Source: Candidatus Caldarchaeum sp. (GTDB lineage: Archaea > Thermoproteota > Nitrososphaeria_A > Caldarchaeales > Caldarchaeaceae). Taken from it: 64,000 nt of DNA. The position numbers and the translations under genes were made by a program. The notes below the pieces were generated by a model that was given only the letters and a program-made list of their open reading frames with translations, did no database searches and was not told where the DNA came from. Location: the NCBI GenBank assembly GCA_038831915.1, contig JAWBKB010000004.1, forward strand, positions 1 to 64,000, given 5' to 3'. Shown here one piece after another: positions 59,126 through 64,000 of the stretch (position 1 is the first letter of the stretch; every line of letters begins with the position of its first letter).

Positions 59126-60475
59126 CTATCCCTCGATCACCTCTCTTAGAACTCTACTTTCCTCGGTCATTCCTCTTTCGATGCTACACATCATCGCAGA
59201 TTCTAAGCTTCTGTCACCAATTTCTTGTCGAAGTTTTTCGTCTTTGGCAAGCTTTGTTATGGCCTCGGCGAGTTCATCGACGCTTCGAATAACAAAGCCA
59301 TTTGTGCCATTTTTAACCAGCTCCGCGATGCCTGCATTAGCGCTGACCAACGGCGGTTTCCCGTAAAGCCAGCTTTCCACTACAACCAGCCCAAACCCTT
59401 CCGCTTTCGACGGTAACACCGTCAGCGCGCATCTTTCATAAGCCGCGCCTAAAGCGGTTGAATTTACGTGACCTGTGAAAACAACCCTTCCATCCAAACC
59501 GTGAAGAGCGACCAACTCAACCAGCTTTTCCTTCCATCTCTCGGCCTTCGACAACTTCAGACCTTGACTTGAGCTAGAGAAACTACCGTTGCCTACAATC
59601 AACAACTTGATATTTGGAATATGCTTAACGCATTTTGCTACGGCCTGAATGGCGATATCGTGTCCTTTTAGAGGGTCCAGCCGCGCCACCATCGCAACTA
59701 CAAAGTCGTCTTCACGTATTCCATACTTGTCGCAGAATGCTTGAACTTCGCCTTTCGAAGGTTGAACATAGTCTTCAAAATCGATATAAGGATAGACTCG
59801 GTATATTTTCTTAGTGTATCCTAACTTTCGGAGAGAGTTTTCGTAGGAGCTGGAGCTCACCACTACGGCGTCGTAGGCTTCAAAATATTTCAACAAATAG
59901 TCCCTCCATTCGGCCGGGATCGCGAAATGGTTGAAAGGGATATGCCACCTGAAGATTTTCGGCTTTACCGTCGACAGCATTTTGCCTGTGGGCAGCTGCT
60001 GGAAATCATGAACATAGAATACGTCGAAATCTTTTTCCTTGTCAGCCTTTTTCAGCAGTTCGCTGCACAACCTATTGTATAAGTTGTAGTCCGCGTAATC
60101 CTCTTGCCAGACGAGTTCAATTATGTTTTTCTTACCTGAATCGAACATTCCATGAAACAGGTTCCAAAAAGCTTCCTTGACAGCGCCGTATCCTTTTAGA
60201 AAAGGTTCATGGATTTTGACGTAGTTAAGTTCAATGTTTCCAATAGTGATTTTTTCGGGTCCATGCGGGTTTAAGGAAACCCAGACAGCAGATTCGAGCA
60301 GGTTTGTTCTGATTAATCGCTTGAGTAATGGATACAGCATGCGTGTAACTCCGCCCGGGGAGAAGACATAGTCAACGTCCTCCTTTAACTCAGACAAGTT
60401 GACGAAAACTCTATTTAGAAGGTTTGGATTCTTTATCCTAACCAACGGCGTCTGTGAACAGACCCCGATATGCAT
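59126..60475 (-). CDS. GT4 glycosyltransferase (TreT-related)
   Basis: GGV, HDFQ, WHIP, VARLDPLKG, EGFGLVVVES. Confidence 0.88.
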   Translation of the reverse strand: MHIGVCSQTPLVRIKNPNLLNRVFVNLSELKEDVDYVFSPGGVTRMLYPLLKRLIRTNLLESAVWVSLNPHGPEKITIGNIELNYVKIHEPFLKGYGAVKEAFWNLFHGMFDSGKKNIIELVWQEDYADYNLYNRLCSELLKKADKEKDFDVFYVHDFQQLPTGKMLSTVKPKIFRWHIPFNHFAIPAEWRDYLLKYFEAYDAVVVSSSSYENSLRKLGYTKKIYRVYPYIDFEDYVQPSKGEVQAFCDKYGIREDDFVVAMVARLDPLKGHDIAIQAVAKCVKHIPNIKLLIVGNGSFSSSSQGLKLSKAERWKEKLVELVALHGLDGRVVFTGHVNSTALGAAYERCALTVLPSKAEGFGLVVVESWLYGKPPLVSANAGIAELVKNGTNGFVIRSVDELAEAITKLAKDEKLRQEIGDRSLESAMMCSIERGMTEESRVLREVIEG

Positions 60476-60503
60476 AACGAATTTGAAGGTGTGATGTATA
60501 TAA

Positions 60504-61193
60504 CTATGTTTGTTTCGACTCTTCCCTTCTTATTAGTTGAGAGGTTTCAATTTTTTCGAATAGTTCAGGAAAGTTTTCGCGAAAATATAGGCGGACAATG
60601 TAAACTGTTAATGCCATTGCTAATGCGCCTGCGAGGAATAATATCCATCTTGGATAGAAAAGTGATTCAGTCAGGAAGAGCGAAACTGCTATCCAGAGAG
60701 CTGGCACGAAAAGGAGAAAAATCGCGACAATTGCTTTTGTGACGAGCATTTTATCAGCAAGCAGCCTCGCCAACGCCGAGCTGAACCCATCTTCAAGCTC
60801 GAGCTGCGACTGTGTATCAAAGCCAAGCCCGTATAAGACTTTTCCGATAACTTCGAACAACTCAGGATTCGAGGCGGCGTACAAATCCGGCCTCAACACG
60901 GCTTTTCTGGTCCCGGTTTTGTCGATTAAATCGATAGTGTTTCCTTCTGTTTTGATAATCAAGCCTCTTCTTTTAGCAATTTTTTCGACTTTAGCGAGGT
61001 TTTCAGCAGTGATCTGGAAGACCGGGTTTTTGAACGCCATGCCCAAGAGCGGAGGAGAATAAGGAATGTATTTGTTTACGACGAATGAGCCGTCCCTGAA
61101 TTCAGGCATTTTCTCCTGAATGACGGCATCGGGAACGTTTTTGCTTATTTGTTCCTTGACGTGTTTGAAAGCTTTGACGAAAGCTTCGGACAT
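60504..61193 (-). CDS. Hypothetical membrane protein (2 C-terminal TM helices)
   Basis: Open frame from MSEAFV within a minus-strand gene run. Confidence 0.7.
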   Translation of the reverse strand: MSEAFVKAFKHVKEQISKNVPDAVIQEKMPEFRDGSFVVNKYIPYSPPLLGMAFKNPVFQITAENLAKVEKIAKRRGLIIKTEGNTIDLIDKTGTRKAVLRPDLYAASNPELFEVIGKVLYGLGFDTQSQLELEDGFSSALARLLADKMLVTKAIVAIFLLFVPALWIAVSLFLTESLFYPRWILFLAGALAMALTVYIVRLYFRENFPELFEKIETSQLIRREESKQT

Positions 61194-61219
61194 CACTATT
61201 CCGCCGGGCTTTCGCCTAT

Positions 61220-62218
61220 TTATGCCTGTTTTGAAGGCGGGGCCTCCACTTCGTGTAGGAAACACGCGGAGAACCTGTTTTCGCCTGTTTGGAACATCGG
61301 CGGCACCGCGGTCTCGCATTTTCCCTTCATGTAGAATGGACATCGTGGATAGAATCGACAACCAGAGGGGGGGTTGATAAGGCTGGGCGGCTCACCAGCC
61401 ACGACTTTCCTCAAAACAAGCCTGTTCCGGGGGTCTGGGTCAGGAATAGCTTCGATCAGGAATTGAGTGTAAGGATGCTTCGGGTTTCTTAGAACCTCTT
61501 TAGTCGGACCTGTTTCCACAAACTTGCCCGCGTACATCACTACTATGCGGTCTGAGAAATATTTCGCGGTAGCGATGTCGTGAGTGATGTAAACCATGGT
61601 TAGGCCTAGTTTTCTTTGAATTTCCCGGAGCAGTAACAGAATTTCAACCCGTATAGAGGCATCGAGCATTGTCACTGGCTCGTCGGCTACGATGAATTCG
61701 GGTTTCGAAATGATGGCTCTAGCGATTGCAACTCTCTGTCTCTGGCCTCCGCTTAACTGGTGCGGATACTTGTATGCGAAATCGGACGTTGGTATCAGTT
61801 TGACGTCTTCCAGGGCTTTCATCACCATTTCTTCACGTTCTTTCGGCGTGCCTATTCCGTGAACCACCAACGGCTCCTCCACTATTCGGTAAATGGTAAA
61901 CATCGCGTTGAGGCTTGAATACGGGTCCTGGAAGATTGCCCCTACTCTTCGTCGGATTTTTCTTAACTCACTTCCGTCGACGTTGTTTATATCGATTCCG
62001 TCGAAGAAAATTTTTCCAGAATACGGTTTTACGGCTCCGAGCAATGCCTTACCGAAGGTGGTTTTTCCGCATCCACTTTCTCCTACCAACGCTACTGTTT
62101 CACCTTTGTTTATTGAGAGCGATGCGTCATCAACGGCCTTTACCATCCCAATTGTTTTGAACAGCTTTCTAATTGGGAAGTAGACTTTTAGGTTTTCTAC
62201 TTTGATGAATTCCGTCAT
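61220..62218 (-). CDS. oppF: Oligopeptide ABC ATP-binding protein (OppF-like)
   Basis: GESGCGKT, LSGGQRQR, HPYT, CRFYPRCP. Confidence 0.92.
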   Translation of the reverse strand: MTEFIKVENLKVYFPIRKLFKTIGMVKAVDDASLSINKGETVALVGESGCGKTTFGKALLGAVKPYSGKIFFDGIDINNVDGSELRKIRRRVGAIFQDPYSSLNAMFTIYRIVEEPLVVHGIGTPKEREEMVMKALEDVKLIPTSDFAYKYPHQLSGGQRQRVAIARAIISKPEFIVADEPVTMLDASIRVEILLLLREIQRKLGLTMVYITHDIATAKYFSDRIVVMYAGKFVETGPTKEVLRNPKHPYTQFLIEAIPDPDPRNRLVLRKVVAGEPPSLINPPSGCRFYPRCPFYMKGKCETAVPPMFQTGENRFSACFLHEVEAPPSKQA

Positions 62219-63178
62219 TTATTTCTCACCAAGCAGCCAACACGACGCAACATAGTCTTCCGCGATTTCGATTGTCGGCGGCTCTTCAACGTTGCATTTG
62301 TCCTGTATTGCGTAGGGGCATCTCGGATGGAAACGGCAACCTAGTGGAGGATTTATCAGGTCCGGCGGCGCTCCTGGAATGAAGCGCGGCTCTTTCTCGG
62401 TCCGAAGCGTCGGAACGCTTTCGATGAGTAGTTGTGTGTATGGATGTTTGGGTGTGGTGAAAATCTTGTCGGCCGGGCCGTTTTCCACGATTCTGCCCGC
62501 GTACATGATCGCGACCTTGTCGGCCAGCTCGCTCGCCAAAGCCAAGTCGTGTGTGATGAAAATGTACGAAGTTCCAATGTCGTTTTTCATTTTTTTCAAC
62601 AGGTTCATGATGTTGGCCTGAGTGATGATGTCCAAAGCTGAAGTTGGTTCGTCTAGTATGACTATTTTGGGATTAGTTACTAACGCCATGGCTATCGCGA
62701 CTCTTTGCCGCATTCCGCCGCTGAGTTCATGAGGATACCTTGAGGCCATGTCTGGGTTGATGCCGAGATACGAAAGAGTTTCCACTGCTTTCTTTTTCGC
62801 TTCCTCTTTCGATACGCCGAATTCATAGATTAAAGGCTCCGCTACCTGTCGGAAAATGGGAATGACGGGGTTTAAAGTGTTCATCGCCCCTTGAAACACT
62901 ATCGAAATTCCGTTCAGACGAACTTTTTTCCTAAATTCTTCTTCGTTGAGCTTCATCACTTCCATTCCGTTGAAGAAAATCTGTCCTTGGAATTTTGCTG
63001 TGTTTTTCGGCGGCAGGCGGATGAGACATAAGGCAAGGGAGGATTTGCCTGAACCGCTTTCCCCGACGATCGCGAGAGTTTCGCGTTCGCCGAGTTCGAA
63101 GCTTACGTCATCAACAGCCTTGACTATTCCCCGCTCTGATTCGTAGTAAAGGAATAGATGGTCAGCTTTGAGGACCAA
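62219..63178 (-). CDS. oppD: Oligopeptide ABC ATP-binding protein (OppD-like)
   Basis: GESGSGKS, LSGGMRQR, HPYT, CRFHPRCP. Confidence 0.92.
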   Translation of the reverse strand: MVLKADHLFLYYESERGIVKAVDDVSFELGERETLAIVGESGSGKSSLALCLIRLPPKNTAKFQGQIFFNGMEVMKLNEEEFRKKVRLNGISIVFQGAMNTLNPVIPIFRQVAEPLIYEFGVSKEEAKKKAVETLSYLGINPDMASRYPHELSGGMRQRVAIAMALVTNPKIVILDEPTSALDIITQANIMNLLKKMKNDIGTSYIFITHDLALASELADKVAIMYAGRIVENGPADKIFTTPKHPYTQLLIESVPTLRTEKEPRFIPGAPPDLINPPLGCRFHPRCPYAIQDKCNVEEPPTIEIAEDYVASCWLLGEK

Positions 63179-63221
63179 CTTATTCCCAAAAAAAAGTTAA
63201 GGATGATTTAAAAAACTTGTT

Positions 63222-64000
63222 TTAGCTCGGTTTTGGCCTGCGGACCACGGACAAGACGGAGATAACCAGTGCGATTATCGAAACAACGAGGACCAGCTGT
63301 GCAGTCAATAGTATGGTACCAGCGGTTCGCGTCAGTTCTCCAACGCTTTCGTTGATAGTCGTTGCCGAAGCCGATATGGTGTTCACTGCTGTCTCGACTC
63401 TTGACACACGGTCGCTTACTGCCGTAACACGTTCGCCGACAGTGTTTACAGCGCCTTGGACACCTGTCAACGCCGCCGCCAAGTCTCTGCTAATCGCTCC
63501 AAGCCTCTCAAGTACCTCTCGAGAGACGACTTCGATGCTTTCGACAAGCGGCTCGATGTTTAGAACGTCGACGAATTCTTTGACTGCGGCTACAGACGCT
63601 ACTTCATCGCTATAAGCTGCTATGGTGAATTCATAGAGTCCACCGGGTCTTAATGTTTTGGTGAAGTCGGGCGACAGCCTGATGATGAATCTAGTGGGTG
63701 TCACTCGGTCAGCTGTTCCTACCGCTAGAATTTCGCCGGTCACAGGGTCTTTCACCAAGTAGATGGCGTAAAGTGGTGCGGGGCCACTTACATCGATGAG
63801 TAGCAGTGATTCGCCTCCGGGTGTGATGGTGCTTTTGCCGACGCCGGCGATTTCAACTGTTGGGGGCAGTCCGAAGAAGTGGTCTCCTGGTCTGTACGGA
63901 TATGTTGGGTCTCTGAAAGCTTCGAGCTTGAGGTACTGGGCTGCGCTGTCGAAAGCGGTCAGCATGTACGGGCCGTTGCTAACCCAGATGATACCATATC
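63222..64000 (-). CDS. C-terminal part of probable peptide ABC substrate-binding protein with coiled coil and TM anchor (partial)
   Basis: Frame continues past the window edge (WVSNGPYML); heptad region and hydrophobic C-terminus; upstream of oppD/oppF. Confidence 0.7.
   Translation of the reverse strand, partial: YGIIWVSNGPYMLTAFDSAAQYLKLEAFRDPTYPYRPGDHFFGLPPTVEIAGVGKSTITPGGESLLLIDVSGPAPLYAIYLVKDPVTGEILAVGTADRVTPTRFIIRLSPDFTKTLRPGGLYEFTIAAYSDEVASVAAVKEFVDVLNIEPLVESIEVVSREVLERLGAISRDLAAALTGVQGAVNTVGERVTAVSDRVSRVETAVNTISASATTINESVGELTRTAGTILLTAQLVLVVSIIALVISVLSVVRRPKPS

Overview
Archaeal chromosomal segment, inferred to be TACK/Aigarchaeota (Caldarchaeum-like) from the archaeal 16S sequence, unsplit RpoA and RpoB, archaeal PEP carboxylase and A-type ATPase. 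All calls come from manual motif reading; no database searches were run. (1) 1-2850: 3' part of a 16S rRNA gene, not followed by 23S, interrupted by four bulge-helix-bulge (BHB) introns at about E. coli 793, 908, 978 and 1068. Each intron carries a LAGLIDADG-type ORF; three are decayed and one is intact with an extra HTH. (2) 3-14 kb: Zn dehydrogenases, ABC-2 exporter, isolated atpA/atpB, MFS, and a split-barrel oxidoreductase next to a split-barrel/MenA fusion. (3) 14-32.8 kb, the best candidate for an undescribed system: a ~19 kb purine uptake/catabolism cluster resembling the bacterial ygeW/ssnA/xdh/arcC (2,8-dioxopurine) pathway. It has a Mer-like LLM reductase where bacteria use YgfK, two different YgeW-type carbamoyltransferases and no YgeY, and two PLP fold-II enzymes where bacteria use YgeX. 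(4) 32.8-46.4 kb: ppcA, the rpoH-rpoB-rpoA-L30e-nusA-S7 operon lacking S12, and a B12 mutase with isobutyryl-CoA mutase-type residues plus MeaB. (5) 46.4-49.6 kb: decayed island starting at a promoter-bearing tRNA 5' half, with structured non-coding sequence and a compact IS110-like RuvC protein lacking the Tnp serine loop, followed by a candidate guide-like RNA. (6) 49.6-64 kb: sufC, ECF S component, cutA, nuoL and nuoM split by two regulatory genes, MscS/GT4 and an oligopeptide ABC transporter.
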